A stretch of 64,000 nucleotides of DNA from a virus, in the IMG/VR virus record IMGVR_UViG_3300016665_000370, positions 1-64,000 of that record. One strand, 5' to 3'. Positions 55,464 to 64,000 of this stretch are shown here, in pieces. The notes beneath the pieces were generated by a model. It was given only the letters and a program-made list of their open reading frames with translations, searched no databases and was not told where the DNA came from. The position numbers and the translations under genes were made by a program. Position 1 is the first letter of the stretch, and every line of letters starts with the position of its first letter.

Positions 55464-58400
55464 CTAAATTCTGTGTTAATAGTTAGTTCATCTAACTCAA
55501 AATATTCATTATTTTGAGCAACTAACTTAACAACAGAACCACTAACTCCAGATTTATTGAAGTAAATTAATCTTGCTCTATCTACTCCTTCAACAGATTC
55601 AGCAGCTAATTGTAAATCTACATCTTCTAATGTTCTTCCTAATTCTAATGTATTTACTAAGTTTGTTATTGCATTACTAACGTTTTGCTTTATTGTAGAT
55701 TCTGTTAATCCATTTGTTAATGTAACTAGTATTAATAGTTCAATAGATACTTGTAACTTAGATGCTTCTTTTACTAACACATCTGCATTAATTGGTCTTG
55801 TTGATTCTATTCTAAATGTAACATCTCCAATAAGTTTATTATAATTGTATCTTAATGTAATTCTTTCATTTTGTTTTGGTCCTATATAATCATAAAATAC
55901 TTTGTATCTAGATGAAGAATTTGGTTGATTAAACAAACTAATACTTAATCTAGTAGATTGTGAACTTCTAAATCCAGAACTAGATATTTTGTTTATATAT
56001 ACAAAATTTTTATTTGTATATAATGTTCCATTTCTTGTAAAATTAATTGATTCAGAATCATTTTCTACAACAAAATAAAATGTTCCTAATAATTTATCTC
56101 CTATTGTAGTAGATTCATTTAATTGAAGATCTAATCTACTTAATGATTCATCATATACAAAATTATCAAAATACTTATTATCTAGCAAACCAGTATTAAA
56201 CAGATTGTAAGAATAATCTTTTGATAATACAATATCTCCATCTGTAGTTACCTTCTCTAATGAAACTACTTTTACTAATTTTATAGAAGAGCTTATTGTA
56301 GAACTAGATGTTAATCCAAGATATTTTCTTATAGCTTCTGCAAAGTTTACTTTTCCATTAGAATAAATACTAGAGAAAACTATATCTTTTGCTTTGTACA
56401 ATGTTGTTCCGCTTATTGTAATAGATCCTGGATTTACAACATTATCTGATAATGTACATGCTAGCTTACTTGATGAGTTTTTAATTAAATTATAAGAATA
56501 TAAAACAAATAACACATAATCATTTACAGTATAAGATCCAGATAATATAATTTTGTTATTATCTTTATCTATTGTATAAGAAGTAAGTTCTTTATTATCT
56601 TTTATTCTATTTAAAAATAAATTATTTGAGTTTATATTTGATACATCTTTTTTTATTTTAATAAAATTTCCAAATATAGAATATGCAGTAATATCATAAA
56701 TTCCTTTATTTAATCCAGATATTGATAATTTATAATTACCTACACTTGGAATGTCTATTACTGTAAAAGATGCTCCAAATAATGCATAACTAGAATAATC
56801 TGTTAGTGCGCCATCACTTCCAGAAAACAATACATATCCATCATCTTCTCTAAATACACTATATTCTATGGAAGTATCATTAACAAAGCTATTTAGTGGT
56901 AAATAATAATTTGTTCCATCAAATTTGATTTGATCAAATCTATATAATAATAAATCATTTGAATAATTTATATTTTGAAATCTTGATAATTCTTTTGGAT
57001 AATATACAATAATAACATTATCTCCAATGGCTGGAGTATTATATCCAGTAAGAACAGCTTGATATTTTTGACTTACAATATCTAATGTACCTTCATTATC
57101 AGAATTCCAAAATTCTACATTATCAGTGATTCTAAATATACTAACAATATCAACTGAATTTAATGTTGTAACATCTAATTCTGCATACAAATCTCCATTT
57201 GTATTTTGTTGAATTGTTGCATTTTGAGTTCTGATATTATTTGTAATGGATTGGCTTTGTCCGCCAGCAAACGAATTTAAAAATCCATTTGCTAATTTAC
57301 TTGTTGGTAAACTTGTAATATTTCCATTAAAACTAGAAGATGCACTTGCTATATAAGCTACATCAAGATTTATCTTTGGTTCTAGCGTGTCTATATTGTT
57401 GAATGGAATTGTAATTGTAAAATTAGATGCAGTTCCTGAAATATTATCAACTGTAAATACATTCTGTTCATTTGTTTTTACAGTTACATAATTGTTTTCT
57501 GCTGCTGTTGTATCTGTTGGTAAAATAATTGTTACATTATAATAAACATCTCCATTAAATAATGTATTTGTATATTCAAACAAACCATCATTTTTATTTG
57601 ATTTAAATAATTCTGTATTTAAATATCTTAGACTTACAGAATAAATTGATTCTGGTAAAGTATCTACATTAGATAGAATTACTTGTAATCTATCTACATA
57701 TCTACCAGAAGTTATTTTAGTAACAATACCACTGTATTGTCTATATTTATTACAATAGAGTATTGTATTGATTGGAAGACTAGAAGAACCAACAAAGAAT
57801 GAAGATGTATTATCTAATTCAAAAGATATTGTTTCTTTTGATAAAGAGCTGTATCCCCAATCAATACTATCATCAACAATTCTTTTATTATTTGTATTTT
57901 CTAATCCATCAAAATCTAAATGAGAGTCATAAGAAACTATCCAGCTATAATCTACTTGCAAAACATCTGTTGCTGTAGGTAATGTATTTCCAGATATTTT
58001 TATTCTTCCATTATTATTTATAGATCCATAACCATCTACATTTTGATTTGTAATTACATATCTTTCTCCAGTATTTGTATTAAATACTCTTGTAACATTT
58101 GTTACTGGATAATGAAGTAATTGTATAATAGATCTGTCAGATGTTACTTTTGAATTTTCATTTGTTATTAATATAGATTGTTCTATTTTAGATATTCTTG
58201 ATACATCAGTAAATGTTAATTGATCTTGTCCACTTACTTGATTCTTTATTCTATCTTCTGAGAAATCTTTAATTGTATTAGATACCCATTTTAGTTTATC
58301 AAATCCCCAAGGACTTCCTGAATAATATCCTGTATCTTTTAGCAATTCATAGTTGCCAGATATTCTTCCATATTGATCAACAGATTTTTCTTTAAAGTTA

Positions 58401-59449
58401 GATCCAGATAATGATCCTGTAATTTGTACAATATTTTCTACAGGTTGAGTTGGTAAAACTCCGTTTCTAATATTATCTACTCTTTTCTTTGAAACTGTTT
58501 TATTTTCATCTGCTAAGATTTGTCCAATTACATAATTATTTAATGAATTTGTTGGATCATTTTCATTTGATTTATCCAAATAAATAAATGAATCAGTTGC
58601 TTCTATTAAATTAGATCCAAGAATAATAATATCTACTTTACCTCCATCACCTTCTTTAACAATAGATAAATTACCTTCAGAGTCTTTATTTACTACAGTA
58701 CCATCTCTTGTCATTAAAGGATCATTTGGTTCTACTACATAAGTATCAACTACTCCAGAAACACTAGATGCAGAATTAAAATATCCTAAATTAGTTCCTA
58801 CACTTGATCCGCTAAATGTAGATAAAACTCTATCTCTAAATGCAGCATCATTTTCAGAATCTAATCCTCCATTAAATGAATTTACATTGATAACATTACT
58901 AGCTCCAACTATATTTGTTCTTGCAAGACTATATTTAGCAATGTTACCAGATGTTCCTGTTGTATTTGCACTTACAGAAACTTCTACTGCAAACTCATCT
59001 GTTATTCTAAGTGCATCTAAATCAGCTCTATATTTAGTTGCTATTCCTCTATAAAAATTAGAATTTGAATTACTTACAACACTACTTGTATTAATTGAAA
59101 ATGGAATTCCATTTGTAGAGAAAACTAAATCTCCTCGATTAATTGCAACATTTCCTTCTATAGACTGAAATGTAATAATAGCAATTCCTGAAGCAGATGT
59201 TGCAGTTTGTCTAGATAATCCAAAGTTTCTTGCTAGCTTATCTAAATCAGATCCAATAACAAGTCTTAATGATTGTTTTGAAGATATATTTGCAAGCTCA
59301 TCATATAATAAAGATAATTGACTTGCTAATGGACCAATAAATATATCTCTTGTTACAGTTCCTGGCTTTGTATCTAATTCAGGTTTTACCAATCTGTAAA
59401 AATCTATTAGATTAGAAATTATTTCGTTGGTATTTCTTATGTTAACCAT
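55460..59449 (-). CDS. Baseplate J/gp6-like wedge protein with a large insertion
   Basis: DTKPGTVTRD, LDKLARNFGL.R..AT.ASG, G.SGN, GG.D.E.DAAFRDR, GGKVDI, C-terminal V.GVD. Confidence 0.85.
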   Translation of the reverse strand: MVNIRNTNEIISNLIDFYRLVKPELDTKPGTVTRDIFIGPLASQLSLLYDELANISSKQSLRLVIGSDLDKLARNFGLSRQTATSASGIAIITFQSIEGNVAINRGDLVFSTNGIPFSINTSSVVSNSNSNFYRGIATKYRADLDALRITDEFAVEVSVSANTTGTSGNIAKYSLARTNIVGASNVINVNSFNGGLDSENDAAFRDRVLSTFSGSSVGTNLGYFNSASSVSGVVDTYVVEPNDPLMTRDGTVVNKDSEGNLSIVKEGDGGKVDIIILGSNLIEATDSFIYLDKSNENDPTNSLNNYVIGQILADENKTVSKKRVDNIRNGVLPTQPVENIVQITGSLSGSNFKEKSVDQYGRISGNYELLKDTGYYSGSPWGFDKLKWVSNTIKDFSEDRIKNQVSGQDQLTFTDVSRISKIEQSILITNENSKVTSDRSIIQLLHYPVTNVTRVFNTNTGERYVITNQNVDGYGSINNNGRIKISGNTLPTATDVLQVDYSWIVSYDSHLDFDGLENTNNKRIVDDSIDWGYSSLSKETISFELDNTSSFFVGSSSLPINTILYCNKYRQYSGIVTKITSGRYVDRLQVILSNVDTLPESIYSVSLRYLNTELFKSNKNDGLFEYTNTLFNGDVYYNVTIILPTDTTAAENNYVTVKTNEQNVFTVDNISGTASNFTITIPFNNIDTLEPKINLDVAYIASASSSFNGNITSLPTSKLANGFLNSFAGGQSQSITNNIRTQNATIQQNTNGDLYAELDVTTLNSVDIVSIFRITDNVEFWNSDNEGTLDIVSQKYQAVLTGYNTPAIGDNVIIVYYPKELSRFQNINYSNDLLLYRFDQIKFDGTNYYLPLNSFVNDTSIEYSVFREDDGYVLFSGSDGALTDYSSYALFGASFTVIDIPSVGNYKLSISGLNKGIYDITAYSIFGNFIKIKKDVSNINSNNLFLNRIKDNKELTSYTIDKDNNKIILSGSYTVNDYVLFVLYSYNLIKNSSSKLACTLSDNVVNPGSITISGTTLYKAKDIVFSSIYSNGKVNFAEAIRKYLGLTSSSTISSSIKLVKVVSLEKVTTDGDIVLSKDYSYNLFNTGLLDNKYFDNFVYDESLSRLDLQLNESTTIGDKLLGTFYFVVENDSESINFTRNGTLYTNKNFVYINKISSSGFRSSQSTRLSISLFNQPNSSSRYKVFYDYIGPKQNERITLRYNYNKLIGDVTFRIESTRPINADVLVKEASKLQVSIELLILVTLTNGLTESTIKQNVSNAITNLVNTLELGRTLEDVDLQLAAESVEGVDRARLIYFNKSGVSGSVVKLVAQNNEYFELDELTINTEFR

Positions 59450-59461
59450 ATTTTAATATGA

Positions 59462-59893
59462 TTATATTGTGCTTAATCTAAATGCTGTTGTAATTGGTTT
59501 AAATCCTTTTGTTATTACTGTAATATAAATTTCATAAACTCTTGGATCAAATTGACTTCTTACTACATCAACAGATTTTATACTAGCAATTTGTTCATCA
59601 GCAGACATTTTTTGATTTGATTTAATTTGATAAATCTGTAAATCTTTTAGATTTTCAAGAGCTTTTGTAATTTGATTCTTAGAAATTGAATTTAATAAAG
59701 TTTCAGATTCTGGAGATCCAATAATACTTTTAGATAAAAATGATCCATACCATGGATTTAATTTATCAAAACCAACAGGAGTTAAACATATCTTTAATAC
59801 ATCTTGAATTAATTTCTCAGAATCAGTAATAGTTTTAATATCTCCATTTTCTATTACCAAATCTCCATTTTTTATTTTTAAATCAAAAGACAT
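59462..59893 (-). CDS. Baseplate wedge gp25/GPW-like protein
   Basis: MSFDLKI.NGDL, KLIQD..KI.LT..G...PWYGS, DPR; immediately upstream of baseplate J. Confidence 0.75.
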   Translation of the reverse strand: MSFDLKIKNGDLVIENGDIKTITDSEKLIQDVLKICLTPVGFDKLNPWYGSFLSKSIIGSPESETLLNSISKNQITKALENLKDLQIYQIKSNQKMSADEQIASIKSVDVVRSQFDPRVYEIYITVITKGFKPITTAFRLSTI

Positions 59894-59894
59894 A

Positions 59895-61508
59895 TTATAT
59901 CCTTATTCCAAACTGTTTTCTTTCTGTATATATAGTTTGCATTATATTATATACTTGAAAAACATTTTTCTGAATTTCTGCCAAAGACTCTTCTAATGTT
60001 GGTCTTGGTTCTCCAGATAATTTAAGTATTTTTATACATCTATCATAAGCATCATCATCTAATAATCCTAATAAGTATCTTCTTTCAACAAGATATAATC
60101 CTGCTAATATAGCTACAATATCGCACAATCCTAATCCACTAAATTCTCCCATAATAAGTTCTATATTTTTAAAAGCTTCGGATGCTTTTGTATCAAAAGA
60201 TAACTTTGTTCTTATTAATGATTGATATGTTGATCTAGATATGTCTCCAAATGCTTTTGTAATAATATCAATTCCTGGTGCAATAAAATCTGTAATAGAT
60301 TTTGATATTCCTTCATTTTGAACTTTTGATGTTTGTGGTGTAATTTTATTTAATGTATCTTTTATTCTAAATCTTTGGATTTCATTATCTAATTCTGAAT
60401 TGTATTTATTTTCAAATAATCCAATGTCATAACTCCTTATACCAGATTCAATTCCTTTTGTTCCGCAAATTGGTAAATACCATGTAATACCATATACAAG
60501 ATCAATATCGTTTTGAGCTGATATTAATTCATCTACCATAGAACTAATTAAATTTAAAAACTTTAAAAACATTTGTCTTTCTACAATCCCATAAGATGTA
60601 GGATCTTGTATTTTGCTAATAATTTCATCATCTTTAATTTCATCATTTGCAGAAACAAAGTCTATAATATCCTGTGCATATGCTCCAACTTCTCCTTGCC
60701 TATTGGCTGCTAAATATCTAGATTCTATTACTTTTTGTAATAAAGGTATTTTAGCAGTTATTGTTGGATTTATTTGTAATTGAGATTGTTTCCATGTAAA
60801 AGGAACTGCTGGCTTTTTTATTGCGGCTAAATCTAATCTTGGATCAACAATTAATGGAAAAATATAATGATATCTTTTTGCCGTCAATTTTATATTGTTT
60901 GTAGAATATTCTAACAATGATCTATTTAATGGATCTGCTAGTTTTACCAAATAAGATTGATTATCAATATCAAAATCAAATATTTCTTGGTATTTATCTA
61001 CATGATCATTAAAGTTTCTTATATTGTATGAACTTAATATAAAAGATGATGTAATTATATTTTGATATCCAAACCATTCTTGTACTTTTGAATTATAATA
61101 AGATTCTCTTTTTACAGAAAAATCATAATATCCTGATCTTGGTGAATTTATTATTTCTAATTTTTTTGATATTTTTCTAGTTTTAGTAGTAAATATATTA
61201 TCAAATAAATATTTTACACCATCATGTCCTGGATTATAAAAATCATTACCAGTACCAACTACAGGAAATCCAACTAATCTAAGAAATGCATGTGCTCTGC
61301 TTTCTTGATAAGAATCGCTAACCTGTAGTTTATTTGTAACTCCACCAAAATCAGAAACTTTTAATAAATTTAGTTTTTTTAAATTATCAGGAGAAGAAAT
61401 ATTTACATACCCTCTTATTTCATCAATTTCTGAAACAACAGAGTTGTAAAACTCATTGATATCAATTTTGAAATTCTGATTATTCTTATAATTAGACTGA
61501 TTTGTCAT
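59895..61508 (-). CDS. Hypothetical protein in the baseplate operon
   Basis: 537-aa ORF tightly coupled to the structural genes. Confidence 0.7.
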   Translation of the reverse strand: MTNQSNYKNNQNFKIDINEFYNSVVSEIDEIRGYVNISSPDNLKKLNLLKVSDFGGVTNKLQVSDSYQESRAHAFLRLVGFPVVGTGNDFYNPGHDGVKYLFDNIFTTKTRKISKKLEIINSPRSGYYDFSVKRESYYNSKVQEWFGYQNIITSSFILSSYNIRNFNDHVDKYQEIFDFDIDNQSYLVKLADPLNRSLLEYSTNNIKLTAKRYHYIFPLIVDPRLDLAAIKKPAVPFTWKQSQLQINPTITAKIPLLQKVIESRYLAANRQGEVGAYAQDIIDFVSANDEIKDDEIISKIQDPTSYGIVERQMFLKFLNLISSMVDELISAQNDIDLVYGITWYLPICGTKGIESGIRSYDIGLFENKYNSELDNEIQRFRIKDTLNKITPQTSKVQNEGISKSITDFIAPGIDIITKAFGDISRSTYQSLIRTKLSFDTKASEAFKNIELIMGEFSGLGLCDIVAILAGLYLVERRYLLGLLDDDAYDRCIKILKLSGEPRPTLEESLAEIQKNVFQVYNIMQTIYTERKQFGIRI

Positions 61509-61510
61509 AA

Positions 61511-63700
61511 TTAAATATCAGAAATATCTCTTCTTGGCTGTCCATCAGAATCAATGCCTTCGCCAATTCCTGTTCCTGCAACAGAAGCTACGAATCTATA
61601 TTCTAATTTCTTTATCTCTGAAGTTGCATCTTGATCTAGATCTTCTGGTAATGTAACTAATGTTAAAGATTGGTTTGAATATGATAAATCTATTAAACCT
61701 ATTCCTCCAGTAGAAGAAGATATTTCTCCTATAAAGAATTGTGTTCCATCATATACAAATTTACCTATCTCTCCTAAAGTTAAATTGGCTGTTAACTTAT
61801 CTGCAACTTTTTGAGCTACACTTGCAGTTAGGTTTTGAGTTATTGGTTGATTATTCCCATCTCTTAAATCTACAATTACTTTTATTTTCTGTGTTGTAAA
61901 TTGTACAGATGGATCTAATCTAAATGTACTCTTAGATGCATCTATTCCAATATCAAATAACTCTTCCAAAGATTGATTACATTTGTTTTCTAAATCAGTT
62001 AAACATGTTGTAGTTGTTGCTTGAAATGTAGCTAATGTAGTTTCATTAAGATCTGACCTTAATGTATCTAATGCTGTTTGCAAACATTGTTGAGTAAAAT
62101 CTAAATCTGGAAATCTATCTGATCCAAGCAATTCTGTTAATAAATCTAATCTTAAATTAAAGTTTCCAGCAATAACAGTATTAACAAAATCTACATCATT
62201 TCTTAAATCTGGATTACATGCAGATGCAACTAAATCTTTTGAGAATAATACTTCAAAGTTTGGCTTTAATGTATATTCCATATTGTCATATCTATAGCCA
62301 TCTGTACTTTCTAGTACTGGATTTTGCTCAAACTCTGTAGGGAAAAATATGAAATTCTCTAACGTTGCGGGAGTAGTTGTTTGAGTATAACCATCCGTAT
62401 CAAACCCAAACAATTGTGTAGTGCCATCTGCTTCAAATCCTAAGCCGCCTGCCAAAGACAAAACTCCATTTGCAGCTCCGGTTGTTGAATTATTCCATAA
62501 TATTAAGTTTGTTGTAGGTGGATTTAATACAATACAATCTTTAAAGATTATAAATCTTGGAACTCCATAATCAGGTCCAATTCTTCCATAATTTTGAGGA
62601 TTATAGAATAGTTTTAAATCAACTGTATAAGCAGCTTGTTTGGGATTTGTGCTAGCAGTATATACAACATCTGTTGGGAAAAATACTGGCTTTGGATTTA
62701 TAAAGCTAGGGATATCATATGCATCAACTATATTGATAAATCTTTCATTTACTTCTTGAGCATTATCATATAATTGAAATGATTGTTTTCTTATTTCATA
62801 AGATAGATTGTTACTGCCTCCTGGTATATTTGGGAAAGGAAGTATTACATTTGATTCTGCAATAACTGAATTATAATATTGTAATGATCCGGTTTGTCTT
62901 GATGTTGTTTTTAATACATAATCTGGACAAACATCTGAGTTACAACATTCATCAAGATATTGTTGTTCTGTTAATGTAGCTGGATCTGATTTTGTACATG
63001 GAGGAATTCTAAACTTAATATTTAAAATATCTTTTATTGTTTTAAACAAAATTGCAAATGCAGATAATAATACAAATAAGTTTTGAAATATACAAAGCAA
63101 TGCTGCAATCTTTTTAGAAATTGCAATAATAGATTCATTGTCTGCCTTTTGTATTGCTTTATTTAATGCTCTTATGTTTCTTAAAATAACATCAATAAGT
63201 TTTTGAATTTGATTAATTATATAAGCAATAAGTTCAAGCAATAATAATAACAAAGATATAATCATAACAATTAAAGCAAATATAGGAAACATAGCTAAAA
63301 AGTCTGGTAAACAAACTCTAAATAATTTTCTTATTGCTCTTAATAGTTTTACTGGATTCTTTAATGCACAAATTATTTCTATAATACAAACAATTAAGTT
63401 TAATATAGGTAAAAAGAATTTATATAACATTAAGAATGGGAAAAACTTATCCAATAACTTCATGATACCATCAAAGATATCTTTTGCAAAGTTTGGATTT
63501 AATGCTGGTTGTAAAATACCAGAAGGTAATACTAATTTTAATCTGTTAAAGATACTTAATAAATCTTCAGGAAACCCATTTGGAAATGGAAATTTATTTA
63601 AAGGTAAACTTATAGAGAATGGTTGACCAAATCCTGGTATAAAATTAATAGGTGGTGGATCTGGAAGATTTATATCAATATCATTAACATCACAAGGCAT
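61511..63700 (-). CDS. Putative virion protein with long hydrophobic helices
   Basis: 729 aa; Pro-rich N-terminus, hydrophobic/amphipathic region at about aa 72-228, DGY motifs. Confidence 0.7.
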   Translation of the reverse strand: MPCDVNDIDINLPDPPPINFIPGFGQPFSISLPLNKFPFPNGFPEDLLSIFNRLKLVLPSGILQPALNPNFAKDIFDGIMKLLDKFFPFLMLYKFFLPILNLIVCIIEIICALKNPVKLLRAIRKLFRVCLPDFLAMFPIFALIVMIISLLLLLLELIAYIINQIQKLIDVILRNIRALNKAIQKADNESIIAISKKIAALLCIFQNLFVLLSAFAILFKTIKDILNIKFRIPPCTKSDPATLTEQQYLDECCNSDVCPDYVLKTTSRQTGSLQYYNSVIAESNVILPFPNIPGGSNNLSYEIRKQSFQLYDNAQEVNERFINIVDAYDIPSFINPKPVFFPTDVVYTASTNPKQAAYTVDLKLFYNPQNYGRIGPDYGVPRFIIFKDCIVLNPPTTNLILWNNSTTGAANGVLSLAGGLGFEADGTTQLFGFDTDGYTQTTTPATLENFIFFPTEFEQNPVLESTDGYRYDNMEYTLKPNFEVLFSKDLVASACNPDLRNDVDFVNTVIAGNFNLRLDLLTELLGSDRFPDLDFTQQCLQTALDTLRSDLNETTLATFQATTTTCLTDLENKCNQSLEELFDIGIDASKSTFRLDPSVQFTTQKIKVIVDLRDGNNQPITQNLTASVAQKVADKLTANLTLGEIGKFVYDGTQFFIGEISSSTGGIGLIDLSYSNQSLTLVTLPEDLDQDATSEIKKLEYRFVASVAGTGIGEGIDSDGQPRRDISDI

Positions 63701-63703
63701 ATT

Positions 63704-64000
63704 TTAATCCTTTAAATTTTCTATTTTTGTAATTAATACATCTGTTAGCTTAGAAGCTATAAGATCTATATCTTTTGATGATATATTACAATTTAAGTCA
63801 CTACATAATTGTATAACAATTTCTGTTAGATCTTGTTTTGTATTCTCAAAAATATCCTTTTCAATAAAATCTTCATCTGAACTTTCTTTTAATTCTTCTT
63901 CACTTACAGAACCTAATGAATTTAATATTGAGTTAGCTAATTTTACTTTACCTAACATCTTTAATTCTTGAGCTTCTATATACAATCTATTATACAAGTT
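63704..64000 (-). CDS. Hypothetical protein, probably truncated at the window edge
   Basis: The frame stays open to position 64000 (the track start is a TTG at 63997). Confidence 0.6.
   Translation of the reverse strand, partial: NLYNRLYIEAQELKMLGKVKLANSILNSLGSVSEEELKESSDEDFIEKDIFENTKQDLTEIVIQLCSDLNCNISSKDIDLIASKLTDVLITKIENLKD

Noticed and set aside
1-64000. Eukaryotic giant virus or bacterial chromosome origin
   Set aside because: The sigma factor, DnaB/DnaC, Shine-Dalgarno sites, contractile-tail baseplate genes and absence of core cellular operons fit a large bacteriophage better.
1-64000. tRNA, rRNA or structured ncRNA genes
   Set aside because: Intergenic gaps are short and AT-rich, and I saw no cloverleaf or T-loop signatures by eye. 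A covariance-model scan was not possible.

Overview
A very AT-rich (roughly 20-25% GC by eye), densely coding segment of what looks like a jumbo/huge tailed phage genome. It uses the standard genetic code, and I saw no rRNA, tRNA or CRISPR array. From left to right it carries: (1) an accessory and nucleotide-metabolism region (dUTPase, HD nucleotidase, SET-domain protein, two DEDDh exonucleases, protein kinase-like protein, papain-like protease, IMPDH/GMPR with an intein, ThyA, DHFR, M23 peptidase, FAD oxidoreductase, repeat-rich fibre protein, Met aminopeptidase, PIN-PhoH); (2) a replication block (class II ribonucleotide reductase, sigma factor, DnaB, DnaC-like loader, intein-containing SF2 helicase, tubulin/FtsZ-family GTPase); (3) a glycosyltransferase/epimerase cluster with an atypical Fpg/Nei gene inside it; and (4) a baseplate module of very large proteins. 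The clearest unusual feature is an nrdJ gene fractured into two ORFs that appear to be joined by a naturally split intein with atypical features, with a TnsA-like PD-(D/E)XK nuclease gene between the halves. Other leads are a strongly enriched Asp-Gly-Tyr (DGY) motif in predicted virion proteins encoded next to glycosyltransferases, a shared N-terminal K-x-A-Q motif in orphan proteins, and a tail-to-tail fibre gene pair that may share one split N-terminal domain. All calls come from reading motifs by eye; no searches were run.
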